A DNA stretch of 64,000 bases from an uncultured Ruminococcus sp. (GCA_902797885.1 CADBUP010000171.1:17687-81686), one strand, 5' to 3'. Shown: positions 53,017 to 62,023, numbered from the stretch's first letter. Numbers and translations: made by a program. The notes: generated from the sequence alone by a model not told the origin.

Positions 53017-53081
53017 ATTACATTTCCCCTTTCATAGAGAGTGAAGGGGGAAGTGTGTTACCACGCCTTCCCCCATTTTTA

Positions 53082-54014
53082 TTAGCCATCAATTTCAGCG
53101 TTAGCAGAAGCTATAGCAGCATCAATTTCGCTATTAGTCAGTGCCTGAATCGCGGTGTATACATCAGAAGCGTATTGCTTCACGCCGTACACGGTGGCAG
53201 CAGAAGCTAAATCAGAAGAAGTGCCAAGAACAGCGGCAGCAGCGCCAGAAACATCATAAGCAGTAGCAGCGGTAAACGCAGCAGTGCCAAGGCCAGCAAC
53301 AGCAACCTCAGTTCCATCTACCTTAATTGTACCGTTTGTTTCGCCAGTAGTAATGGTCTGCACAGCACTATCGGCAGCATCAAGAGAGTTCTGAACTGCA
53401 GTAGCAAGCTTAGCTTTGGTGATCGTACCGTCAGTAATGGTAGCAGTCACTCGATGCTGTTCGTCGATGGCGATTACCACCATATCACCAACCTGAGAAC
53501 CGGAAGTGACGTATTCAATCAAATCGCCAACGTTAATGTACAAATCATCATTGTCAGCATTTGCGAGAATCAGATGAATGTACGTGCCAGCGGGACCCCA
53601 TTCGCCAGCTTGAGATTTGGTTTCAACAGAACCAGATTCAACCACCATGTCCTTTGGAATGTTGATGGCCGCGCCAACATTAACGGGAGTTCCGGTTCCG
53701 TTGGGAGTCTTCTGCAAATGATAGATTGCAGCATAGTCGCCAGAGTTATCATCCTTCACGATACTGTAAGTATCTTGATCCGCAACAGGAGCAACATACA
53801 AACCCTTATTGCCAGTAGTCTTAATCTGAAGTCTGTTATCAGATTCAGCACTGACAACAACAGAGATCTGGTTGTTGTTTGCAACAGAAACGGCGTCGTT
53901 ACCGGCAGTGACGTTGTCCAGCTTGGAGTCGTACCGATCTCTGATTTTTTCCCAAAGATGACCTACGCCAGCAGAGTTAAGGAATTTCTTGGTTTCAATA
54001 GTTTCATAAGCCAT
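53082..54014 (-). CDS. tail fibre protein (paralogue set)
   Basis: N-terminal KKFLNSAGVGHLWEKI. Ala-rich C-terminus with SEIDAAIASA. Confidence 0.6.
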   Translation of the reverse strand: MAYETIETKKFLNSAGVGHLWEKIRDRYDSKLDNVTAGNDAVSVANNNQISVVVSAESDNRLQIKTTGNKGLYVAPVADQDTYSIVKDDNSGDYAAIYHLQKTPNGTGTPVNVGAAINIPKDMVVESGSVETKSQAGEWGPAGTYIHLILANADNDDLYINVGDLIEYVTSGSQVGDMVVIAIDEQHRVTATITDGTITKAKLATAVQNSLDAADSAVQTITTGETNGTIKVDGTEVAVAGLGTAAFTAATAYDVSGAAAAVLGTSSDLASAATVYGVKQYASDVYTAIQALTNSEIDAAIASANAEIDG

Positions 54015-54042
54015 AATAGTTTACCTCTTTTCTAAATATTTA

Positions 54043-55494
54043 TTACACCAACGCAGGATCAAACGATCCGCCGTTGATAGTAACAGCAGGAGTAGTTTCA
54101 TTAGACAGAATTTCAAGGGCATGATCTGTTCCTTTGAATATACCGTCGTTAATTGTAAGATTCATACCAGCCTTGCCAGGATAGTTAGCGGATTCATGAT
54201 AAATAACCGCAGAAGCAGACATCTTTGTCTTATTGTCTCCAACCCATCCTGGAGTGTGATCTCCGCCAAAAGCGGTGATTTCGCCACCGTTGATTGTTAC
54301 ATTTCCGGCGCGCATAAGAATGCCGCAACCATTATTAGATTTAATAACTCCGCCATTCATAACAAACGTATCGTTGTTTGCAATATATACACCACAGGAT
54401 TCATATCCGTTGGAAACAATGTTGCCAATCAACTCGCCATCATTAAACACTATGTTGTTGCCTCCGCGTCCAGCCGTTCCGTTGGTAAATACAGGAAAGT
54501 TATCTGTTCCTGTAATTTGCCCACCGTTAATTTCAACTGATCCTCCATCGAAAGAACCTATTCCGCCTTCCTTGGCAACAATAGAACCAGAGTTGAACGT
54601 AACCTTAGAGTTACTTCCAATAGCAGAAAAGGCTACATCGCCAGATTGATACTCGCCGCTGTCAATGACAACTTTGCCGCCATTTTCAGCTTGAGCGATG
54701 CGTTTGTTTGCGTTTACACTACCGTTCTTTATTGTGAGTGTTGCATTGTTTGCAACAAGAGCATATCCCTCACCGGAATAAGTTAACGTATTTCCACAAA
54801 GATTCAGAACGGCATCTTGAGAAACATTGACCGACATAGACAATGATATGTTTCCGTCAAGATCAATATTTCCACCTTTAGTAAGCAATTCTTTCAAAGA
54901 AGCTTCAGATGAAGCAGACCCGGTAATAATATCTAATTCATAATTGGATAAAGCTTCAATCTCAATAAAAGATCCCAGATTATCCCAACGAGATTCCGCT
55001 TGATTCCACGCATAGTTTGCGCCATTTTCTTCAACGTCATAAACGTCTCCGTTATGCGGGTTTTGAATATTTTCAAGATCTGCTATCGTAGGCACCTTGC
55101 CGCAATATTTGTAAACTTTACTTACGGCAGAGCGCACTTCTTCAACTTCTGCTTTCGTTGCAGCGTCTGTGATACCATATCCTTCTAAAGTAGTAGGAAC
55201 ACTCTGGATATCGCTCCATTCAACCGCCATCTCAGGGTTATATATGGTATGCACAACGCCGTTTTCATCAATTTTAAGACCATCGCCTATCTTAATGCCA
55301 CCGAGAGAATTTTCAGAAGCAGCTGGAAGTTCGTAATTCTTCAATTCTGCAAGCTTCTCTTTTTCCTGTGACGTATAATTTTCTTCGGATAGACCTTTTC
55401 CGGCTTCTTTTTTCAGGTAGATTTCTTCTGCTTTATTCCATAAATGTTTTACGCCAGCAGAATCCAAATATTTGTTTTCGCTCACCTGCACCAC
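54043..55494 (-). CDS. tail spike/fibre with right-handed beta-helix-like repeats
   Basis: N-terminal KYLDSAGVKHLWNKA. GYGITDA. Repeated ~22-aa G-x-V/I-x-I-x-GG units (NGGKVVIDSG, DGGSVEINGG, NGGVIKSNNG, AGNVTINGGE). Confidence 0.6.
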   Translation of the reverse strand: MVQVSENKYLDSAGVKHLWNKAEEIYLKKEAGKGLSEENYTSQEKEKLAELKNYELPAASENSLGGIKIGDGLKIDENGVVHTIYNPEMAVEWSDIQSVPTTLEGYGITDAATKAEVEEVRSAVSKVYKYCGKVPTIADLENIQNPHNGDVYDVEENGANYAWNQAESRWDNLGSFIEIEALSNYELDIITGSASSEASLKELLTKGGNIDLDGNISLSMSVNVSQDAVLNLCGNTLTYSGEGYALVANNATLTIKNGSVNANKRIAQAENGGKVVIDSGEYQSGDVAFSAIGSNSKVTFNSGSIVAKEGGIGSFDGGSVEINGGQITGTDNFPVFTNGTAGRGGNNIVFNDGELIGNIVSNGYESCGVYIANNDTFVMNGGVIKSNNGCGILMRAGNVTINGGEITAFGGDHTPGWVGDNKTKMSASAVIYHESANYPGKAGMNLTINDGIFKGTDHALEILSNETTPAVTINGGSFDPALV

Positions 55495-55500
55495 CTCCTT

Positions 55501-55737
55501 TTAGCCGTCGATAAGATTATCAAGATCTTCAGTTGTTAAAGGGCCTGTTGGCACATCTCCGAGACCCAAATCTTCAAGTGAAAGATCGCCAGCAAGCTCA
55601 ACCCCATTAATTGTTGGTTTATTTGTTAAACCGTCGTAATCTCCAGGTTCTTTGCTATCTTTTTCAGGGGCAGGAGTGGCAAGAGTGAGAGTAAACATAT
55701 TCCCACTTTTTACTGAACGCCGATCTATTTCATACAA
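55501..55737 (-). CDS. small fibre-associated protein
   Basis: LTNKPTINGVELAG motif. C-terminal TEDLDNLIDG. Confidence 0.5.
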   Translation of the reverse strand: MYEIDRRSVKSGNMFTLTLATPAPEKDSKEPGDYDGLTNKPTINGVELAGDLSLEDLGLGDVPTGPLTTEDLDNLIDG

Positions 55738-55748
55738 TTACTCTCACC

Positions 55749-56105
55749 TCATTCGTTTTCAGCATATGTGACCTCATCAGTTAATACAAATGTGCCAGTG
55801 AATGTTTCTTTGATCATATCTTTATAATTAAGCTGAATATCAAACACATAATTCGGAAATCTTGGATTATTAACTAACATTTTATTTGTGTCGCCTGGTT
55901 CGATTTTAATTTGGTAATCTCCCAAATTTATTTTAGTAATTTCGCCTGTGCTAAGTCTTTTTTGAAATTCATACAATCTGTCTCTTGCCGTTCGTTTTAC
56001 TGTGAAATATATTTCGGTAAAATCCACGTCAGTAGATGTTCCGTTTAGATCGTTTATTAGAAACCGAACCAAACGAATATCGCCTCGCGGCATTCGTATC
56101 ATCAT
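55749..56105 (-). CDS. hypothetical structural protein
   Basis: 118 aa. GAGG RBS. Confidence 0.5.
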   Translation of the reverse strand: MMIRMPRGDIRLVRFLINDLNGTSTDVDFTEIYFTVKRTARDRLYEFQKRLSTGEITKINLGDYQIKIEPGDTNKMLVNNPRFPNYVFDIQLNYKDMIKETFTGTFVLTDEVTYAENE

Positions 56106-56123
56106 CTGGATTTACCTCCTCTG

Positions 56124-56528
56124 TTACCACCGTTGCTCTCCTTGTGTATAAGAAGGATATCCAGGTCTTTGCATGCCGCGCTGAGTATATGAGTTATCGG
56201 CATACGAATTCATACCGGATCCATTTGGGTACGGCATAGGTTGATACATTCCAGACCCCATGTTTCCTTGATTGTTTGGCGCATATGAAAACGCCTGATT
56301 CGACATTCTGCCGCTCATTTGGTTCTGCATTGAAGCCATTTGTTCAGAGCGATAATCCTCTGCTTCCTTCATGGCGCTGTACGTAGCCAGGCTCTTAATC
56401 GCATGCGTGAGCAAATCAATGCGACGAAGATCGCCCTCGCTCATTTCAGCCCCAGTGCGATATTTTTCTTCAAGAAGGTCCAACTCTTTGCACATTTTAG
56501 CTTCGAGTAATTCATGTCTTCTATACAT
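56124..56528 (-). CDS. protein with helical N-domain and Q/N/M/G/Y-rich C-terminal low-complexity tail
   Basis: GAGGAGG RBS before ATG 56528. Confidence 0.55.
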   Translation of the reverse strand: MYRRHELLEAKMCKELDLLEEKYRTGAEMSEGDLRRIDLLTHAIKSLATYSAMKEAEDYRSEQMASMQNQMSGRMSNQAFSYAPNNQGNMGSGMYQPMPYPNGSGMNSYADNSYTQRGMQRPGYPSYTQGEQRW

Positions 56529-56541
56529 GTCTATCGCCTCC

Positions 56542-57000
56542 TCACGCAAGTCTGGTTACTTCTACGTTGAGGTTCCTCAGATTCAGCGCAGGAGCAGGCG
56601 TAGTAGCAGGAGTCGCAGAAACAGAAGCGTTTTCGACAGCTACTGTATAGCAACATCCAACAGGAACATCAATGATGGCAAAACCGGACACATTCCAATA
56701 GGCCTCCGCAACAGTTGGCGTCGCGGTAGCGATACTAGTAGGAACAACTTCCCCGCCAATGGCAATAGCAAGCTGAATTTCTCCAGCCGTTCCACCTTCA
56801 GGAATGGCAATATTTCCATCATAAGAGACACGATAACGTGCAAAACGAGCACATGGATTATTAACGATTCCACGCAGCGTCAGAATGCCAGAACCAGGAC
56901 GATGAATAACATAACCTTTATTACAGGTGATAGCATCATTTAAAAGCGCAGAAGCGCCAGGTTGCACGAGTTGGATCTCGTTATAAGTCCACTCAGACAT
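56542..57000 (-). CDS. hypothetical beta-rich protein (jelly-roll/C1q-like is a guess)
   Basis: 152 aa. GGAGAG RBS. Confidence 0.5.
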   Translation of the reverse strand: MSEWTYNEIQLVQPGASALLNDAITCNKGYVIHRPGSGILTLRGIVNNPCARFARYRVSYDGNIAIPEGGTAGEIQLAIAIGGEVVPTSIATATPTVAEAYWNVSGFAIIDVPVGCCYTVAVENASVSATPATTPAPALNLRNLNVEVTRLA

Positions 57001-57042
57001 AGAAAATCTCTCCTTTTGTCAAAATTAGTTATAACTAAAGAT

Positions 57043-57067
57043 AGGGAACCGATTTTCTCGGTTCCCT
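57043..57067 (-). terminator. hairpin terminator candidate
   Basis: AGGGAACCG-ATTTTCT-CGGTTCCCT immediately downstream of the stop at 57084. Confidence 0.5.
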
Positions 57068-57083
57068 AAAATGACAAGCGTTA

Positions 57084-57466
57084 TTAGGCGGCGTTGCAGC
57101 CACAGCCAGCGCCAAAGTTCTGAGCGCAGCAGTGTGGGTTCTGCACAATGTAAGCAGGCCGAGCAACAGGAGCCAGATACTGTTCAAGAGCGGTGGTCTG
57201 AGCTTCGTTGTTCGCCAGAATCTGAGCAGTTTGAGCGCCCTGAGAAGCAGCAAACCGCAGAGCCTGATTATCGCTGCGAGCCTGATCCAGAGCGTTCTGC
57301 ATACCAGCAATGCGATTCTCATAGTTCTGCTTAATTCCATCCAATTCCAGCTGACAAAGTTTGTCCATGATCTTCTGATTGCCATCGGAAATAGCCAGAC
57401 GAGTGGCGGCACCATCCTGAGCAATATTAGTATTCACGCCTTGAGTCGCCAGACGGTTTTCGCAAC
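57084..57466 (-). CDS. Gly/Trp/Asn-rich, Cys-tailed late protein, exon 2 (inferred)
   Basis: The frame is open upstream of the annotated GTG back to 57487. Ends ...NPHCCAQNFGAGCGCNAA. Confidence 0.5.
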
Positions 57467-57962
57467 CAATTGTGTTATCGTGAAGGCTCTTTATCCTTCA
57501 CTTCTTATAGTTTCCTATAAGTTCGGACTATATCTTCACCCATCGCATTATTGCGATTAGGGGTCGGGCACTTGTATTAGGATTATTGATTACCGTTCTC
57601 ACCTATTAGTCTCTGAACCTTCCGAGATACTATTATCGGTATTCTCTCGGCTTGGCTGCTGATTACCATATTCACATATATAATTTTGATCATATGGCTT
57701 ATCTCTTAAATATCAAGATTTTATCTGAATTAATGTCCAATTCTCTCGCTGCAAATTCTTTACTGAGATATAATTTTTATTAGTGTCTATTTTGTACCAT
57801 TCATATACGTAATACATTATTATCTCCTATTTGTTTCATGCGAACTTAGGCTTCCAGCAATTCACCCGATTGCCAGTGCGGATTACGCCGCACAAGTGCC
57901 ATTGGCGAAAATAGTTTTCGTATTGAAGAAACGCTTGGTTGAATTACGAATCTTCGTTAAGC
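57467..57962 (-). mobile_element. group I intron (family 2, Tetrahymena/IC-like P7 landmarks) with decayed GIY-YIG remnant
   Basis: The minus strand has GGTTCAGAGACTAATAGG (57602-57619) and GAAGATATAGTCCGAAC (57521-57537), which are P7 5'/3' landmarks. GAAA-tetraloop hairpin CTTATAGGAAACTATAAG (57503-57520). Joining 57963|57466 gives T+GT=Cys, in frame. Confidence 0.6.
57713..57817 (-). pseudogene. 34-aa remnant of a GIY-YIG homing endonuclease inside the intron
   Basis: AGGAG RBS. MYYVYEWYKIDTNKNYISVKNLQRENW... parallels I-TevI GIYQIKNTLNNKVYVGSAKDFEKRW (recalled from memory), then terminates. Confidence 0.4.
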
Positions 57963-58317
57963 ACTGTTGGAAAGCATTCTGCATCTGGAAATACTGATTC
58001 ATATCAGCCATCTGTCGATTGCTGGCAGCAGCTTCAGCCTGAGCAAAACCATTAGTCAAAGTGTTCTGAATGCCCTGAATACCAGTCATTACAGAATTCT
58101 GATCGAAGCCGCGCTGAACTTCGGAATAACCGTTGTATCCACCAAATCCATTGTTGCCGCCCCAACCGTTGTTTCCGCCCCAGCCGAACATAGCCATCCA
58201 TACCAGCAAGAACCACATCCAGCCGCCGCCAAACATACCATCGTTTGCGCCGTTGCCATAATAGTTCCCCATAGGAGCTACAGGCATGTACATATTAGGT
58301 CCATTTTCGCTCATCAT
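57963..58317 (-). CDS. Gly/Trp/Asn-rich late protein, exon 1
   Basis: AAAGGTGG RBS. GNYYGNGANDGMFGGGWMWFLLVWMAMFGWGGNNGWGGNNGFGGYNGY. Confidence 0.55.
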
Positions 58318-58437
58318 AAAAAAGCCACCTTTCTTAATTTTGTTTTAAAATGATGAGATATATATAAACAACCGTTTGTACTTATTTTTCGCATGCGTAA
58401 AGCTTAATGAGTCCAACGGTGTTTATCGAAAATAAAT

Positions 58438-58464
58438 AAAACAGTCAGACAAACTGACTGTTTT
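58438..58464. terminator. bidirectional hairpin terminator
   Basis: AAAACAGTCAG-ACAAA-CTGACTGTTTT with T-runs on both strands. Confidence 0.7.
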
Positions 58465-58507
58465 ATAATTACAAGCATTTTCAAGCCCTGTTAAAATTTT
58501 TCTACGT

Positions 58508-58732
58508 TTATCCGTGATTAAAATTAGGGATTGAATTCATTGTTTGCTGAACTTGGTCATTTGTGATACCGCGAGTTTGTTGCAGATATTGTAAAATTTG
58601 ATTTGGGTCATTTTGAATGTTTGCTGGAATGTCAGGAAATTTTTGCTTCAGAAACGCTATTGGGTTTTGCATCACTTGCATCACCTGTTGCATTTTCTGC
58701 TGTCCCATCATCATTGCATAAATTGGGTTCAT
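58508..58732 (-). CDS. Gln/Met-rich small protein
   Basis: 74 aa. MMMGQQKMQQVMQVMQNP. Confidence 0.5.
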   Translation of the reverse strand: MNPIYAMMMGQQKMQQVMQVMQNPIAFLKQKFPDIPANIQNDPNQILQYLQQTRGITNDQVQQTMNSIPNFNHG

Positions 58733-59166
58733 TGATCTCCACCCCGATTTTTACTGTTATGAGTATTAGAAATCATAGATGATAAGCTTTCTATTTGTTT
58801 TTTAAGCTCTTCAAATTCCCGTTTAGAAACATATTGAGACATATCTTTGCCGGAAATTCCATCAGGCAACATCTGCATCATTGTTGGATTTTCTTTGATT
58901 GTATAATCTATTTCAGTCAATGGGTTTGCAGCACCAACCTGATTCCAGCTCTTAAGATATATTTTATTTCCGGTTGAATCCCACAATGGAATTGGTGCAT
59001 TGACCGGTATGCCTATGGGTTTTTGAAACGCTTTAGCTCCAACTTCGCCGTCTACCCATTCCATAAATTTCATATCCTGAGTAAAAGACTGTTGTGTTTG
59101 ATAAGTGGGATAATTGTTGTTGTAATATGGGTTATTATATCCGGGGTTATAATAATTGTTCGCCAT
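58729..59166 (-). CDS. protein with Asn/Tyr-rich N-terminal low-complexity segment
   Basis: AGGAG RBS before ATG 59166. NNYYNPGYNNPYYNNNYPTYQTQQ. Confidence 0.55.
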   Translation of the reverse strand: MANNYYNPGYNNPYYNNNYPTYQTQQSFTQDMKFMEWVDGEVGAKAFQKPIGIPVNAPIPLWDSTGNKIYLKSWNQVGAANPLTEIDYTIKENPTMMQMLPDGISGKDMSQYVSKREFEELKKQIESLSSMISNTHNSKNRGGDQ

Positions 59167-59180
59167 GTAAATCACTCCTA

Positions 59181-59555
59181 TTAATTAATTTTCCAGAAAA
59201 AACTAATTACTTCATTTGATGAATTCCAACTATCAAAGAAATTTCCGTCTATAATAGCAACGGCGTGTTGTCCTGTTCCTACAATATATGTTCCAAATGG
59301 AAACATTTCTGTAAACATTTCTATCGTTATACATCTCGGGCAATCTCTAGGGAGTAAAAAAGGCTCAAATCCTTTTAAATATAAGTAATGTCCCCAGACA
59401 TTATCGTCTGAAGACACGCTGCAATCATTTCTTGCTACTTCATACAGCTCATCAGATACCTGATACCATGATAAGTTAAGTGCTATTGCTATTGCTCGAA
59501 TTACACAATCTGGAACTTCTTTTTTGCATGGATTAGGATTTGCTTGAATCCACAT
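59181..59555 (-). CDS. papain-like (C39/NlpC-like) cysteine peptidase fold candidate
   Basis: PDCVIRAIAIAL (Cys) ... GQHAVAIIDG (His) ... DSW. Confidence 0.4.
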   Translation of the reverse strand: MWIQANPNPCKKEVPDCVIRAIAIALNLSWYQVSDELYEVARNDCSVSSDDNVWGHYLYLKGFEPFLLPRDCPRCITIEMFTEMFPFGTYIVGTGQHAVAIIDGNFFDSWNSSNEVISFFWKIN

Positions 59556-59569
59556 GTCGGATCACCGCC

Positions 59570-61288
59570 TCAAGGAAACAAGGCAGCTATTTCTTCATCA
59601 GTAGCAAAATCATTTAACGCGTCTGAGATAGTTCTATCGTCATCCTGCGTTAATGAAATATCTGTACTATAAAGAATCACGTCTCCGTTTCTGCCATTAA
59701 CAGAATCAACGCTGCCGGTTCCGTCTATTCCAGCGTAGCTTACGTTATATATTTCACTTGTGGAATCATTAAGCCAAGTAATCACAATTTTAGCCCATGT
59801 AAACTTTCCAGGCTGAGGGTTAGGATATTCTGTCCACGTTCCGACAACAGGCGGCGTCGTACCATCATCACTGTTTTGATATGTTACATTAATAGTGGCA
59901 GCTTGAATAGAAGCGGCTTGATTTGCTGCGAATTCTGCATAATATTTAGCATTGTTCGTAGTTGTAGCAGTACCGCCAGTCGCTCCAGTAGCCCAATTTT
60001 CAGCAGAAATAGCGGAATTTTCAGCATTTGTTTCACTTAAAGCCGCGTTCGCTGCAGAATTGGCGGAATTCTGACTACTTAAATCCGCTTGTTGCGCATA
60101 ATATTTTGAATTATTATGATATGTAACATCAGAAGACGAAACGTCTGTTCCATTTTTTTGCCCTACAGCCCAAGCTTCCGCGTTATCTTCTGCGGTTTCT
60201 GCATTATTCTTAGCTACATCAGCTTCTGCTTTGGAAGTCGCGGCATTTGATGCGCTGTTCTCTGCATTTGTTGCCTGCTCTTTAGCTACTCCGGCATAGT
60301 ATTTTGCATTATTGTGGTACGCAGGATCAGAAGAATCAACTTCTGTCCCGTTTTTAGTACCAGCAGCCCATGATTCTGCATTGTCTTCTGCGGTTTCAGC
60401 GTTTGCCTTGGCAGCCTCCGCATTTGTCTGAGCCGTTTCTGCATTGCCTTGAGCGATTTCCGCTTTTTCTTGTGCTGTTTCTGCTGCGGTTTTACTAACG
60501 TTTGCCGCAGATGCAAAATCAGAAGCACTTACAGCACTTAGTTGAGATTGTTCAGAATAATATTTTGCGTTGTTGGTTGGAGATGCTGTTCCTCCGGTTC
60601 CTCCGGTTGCCCAATTTTCAGCAAACGTTGCTGAGTTGTTAGCGTCAGTCGCACTGTTATCAGCATTAATTGCACTGGCTTCTGCGTTTGTTGCGCTTGT
60701 TTCTGCTTGTGTCGCGTAGTACTTAGCGTTATTTGTAGACGTGGCAGTACCGCCAGTACCTCCCGTTGCCCATGATTCTGCCTTTGTTTTTTCTTCTTCG
60801 GCTTCGTTCTTAGCAGCTTGAGCTTGTTCTTTTGCTGTTTCTGCATCGTTCTTATAGTTCAAAGCAGAATCAGCAGAAGCTGCTGCATCTATCGATTTAG
60901 TCAGCGCTTGATTAGCATAGTATTTTGCGTTATTTGTTTCTGACGGCGTTCCGTCACTTCCGCCAGTCGCCCATTTTTCAGCTTTTTCTTCAGACAGCGC
61001 AGCGGCAGTTGCTGAATTTTGAGCGGCTAAAGCATTTTCTGGTACATCTGTAAGTAGTTTGACCCATTCAGTATATGTTAAATCTTTTCCTAAATCGGCA
61101 AATATTTTTTTTGCTTCAGCATAATCAGATACATAGCCAAGCTGCTGAACAAGACCGTCGATATATTCTGCAAAAAGATAACCTGCTTCGCCAGTTGTTT
61201 CTCCGTCTCCAATCCACACACGCACAACGCCACGATATAGTGTTACATATTCTTCAAATTTTGGATAGAAAGTGTAATTATCAGCCAT
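59570..61288 (-). CDS. tail fibre protein with six WATGG...NNAKYYA collar repeats
   Basis: Repeats AE.WATGGTGGTA..TNNAKYYA.QA separated by Ala/Ser/Asn-rich coiled segments. C-terminal DEEIAALFP. Confidence 0.65.
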   Translation of the reverse strand: MADNYTFYPKFEEYVTLYRGVVRVWIGDGETTGEAGYLFAEYIDGLVQQLGYVSDYAEAKKIFADLGKDLTYTEWVKLLTDVPENALAAQNSATAAALSEEKAEKWATGGSDGTPSETNNAKYYANQALTKSIDAAASADSALNYKNDAETAKEQAQAAKNEAEEEKTKAESWATGGTGGTATSTNNAKYYATQAETSATNAEASAINADNSATDANNSATFAENWATGGTGGTASPTNNAKYYSEQSQLSAVSASDFASAANVSKTAAETAQEKAEIAQGNAETAQTNAEAAKANAETAEDNAESWAAGTKNGTEVDSSDPAYHNNAKYYAGVAKEQATNAENSASNAATSKAEADVAKNNAETAEDNAEAWAVGQKNGTDVSSSDVTYHNNSKYYAQQADLSSQNSANSAANAALSETNAENSAISAENWATGATGGTATTTNNAKYYAEFAANQAASIQAATINVTYQNSDDGTTPPVVGTWTEYPNPQPGKFTWAKIVITWLNDSTSEIYNVSYAGIDGTGSVDSVNGRNGDVILYSTDISLTQDDDRTISDALNDFATDEEIAALFP

Positions 61289-61613
61289 TTGTAAGCACTT
61301 CCCTTAAATACTGTACGCCACTACTATTTTTCATTTCGTAGCTTGTGTGTCGTGTCCCGCCTTTTGTGTATACGTTACATTGAATTGTAAAAGAATTATT
61401 GTCGTCAAATAATAATCCTTCTGATTGTGTAAACACAAAAGAAAAAGATGTAATGTTGGTTCCTTCTTGTTCAAATCCAGAAGCAATCTTTTTTTCAAAT
61501 ATAATTTCTTCGTTTTGTTTATAGGAAATAATCACATAATCAATTTCATTAGCGGCGAAAGGAATTACAAACTTATGAGTTATCGTTTCACCAGGAAAAA
61601 ACATTGTGGTCAC
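61281..61613 (-). CDS. hypothetical structural protein
   Basis: 110 aa. Overlaps the downstream gene by 8 nt. Confidence 0.5.
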   Translation of the reverse strand: MTTMFFPGETITHKFVIPFAANEIDYVIISYKQNEEIIFEKKIASGFEQEGTNITSFSFVFTQSEGLLFDDNNSFTIQCNVYTKGGTRHTSYEMKNSSGVQYLREVLTNG

Positions 61614-61630
61614 TTCCTTTCTTGCACAAA

Positions 61631-61993
61631 TTATTCAGCCGGTTCAGTAAATTCAATAAAGTCTTCCAGCGGCTCAATAATTTTCAACGTCATTCCTTGT
61701 GTTATTTTAATTTTAGGTTTAGTGAATTGTTCTATTTCTGCGTCAAGCTGAGAAAGTTCCTGCAAATCTTTAATGTAATTTTGCATAGCCTCGCCTTCAA
61801 GTATTCCTTTGTCGTTAGCGTATTGCCTATATTTATCAAGAAGAGCGTTTTCTCTTTCTGCTTGAAATTCAATATGCGGTTTTAGAATCTTCCGCAGTTT
61901 ATAAATATTCCATTGGTCAAAATCAGTTAACCGTTCATTTTCAGATAAAGCTTCCAAATTTTTGTAAGCATTAATAATTTGATATTGTTTCAT
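61631..61993 (-). CDS. hypothetical helical protein (tail-assembly-chaperone-like position)
   Basis: 120 aa. AAGG RBS. Confidence 0.5.
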   Translation of the reverse strand: MKQYQIINAYKNLEALSENERLTDFDQWNIYKLRKILKPHIEFQAERENALLDKYRQYANDKGILEGEAMQNYIKDLQELSQLDAEIEQFTKPKIKITQGMTLKIIEPLEDFIEFTEPAE

Positions 61994-62023
61994 AACCTTT
62001 TACCTTTCTGTTGTTCGTATAAA

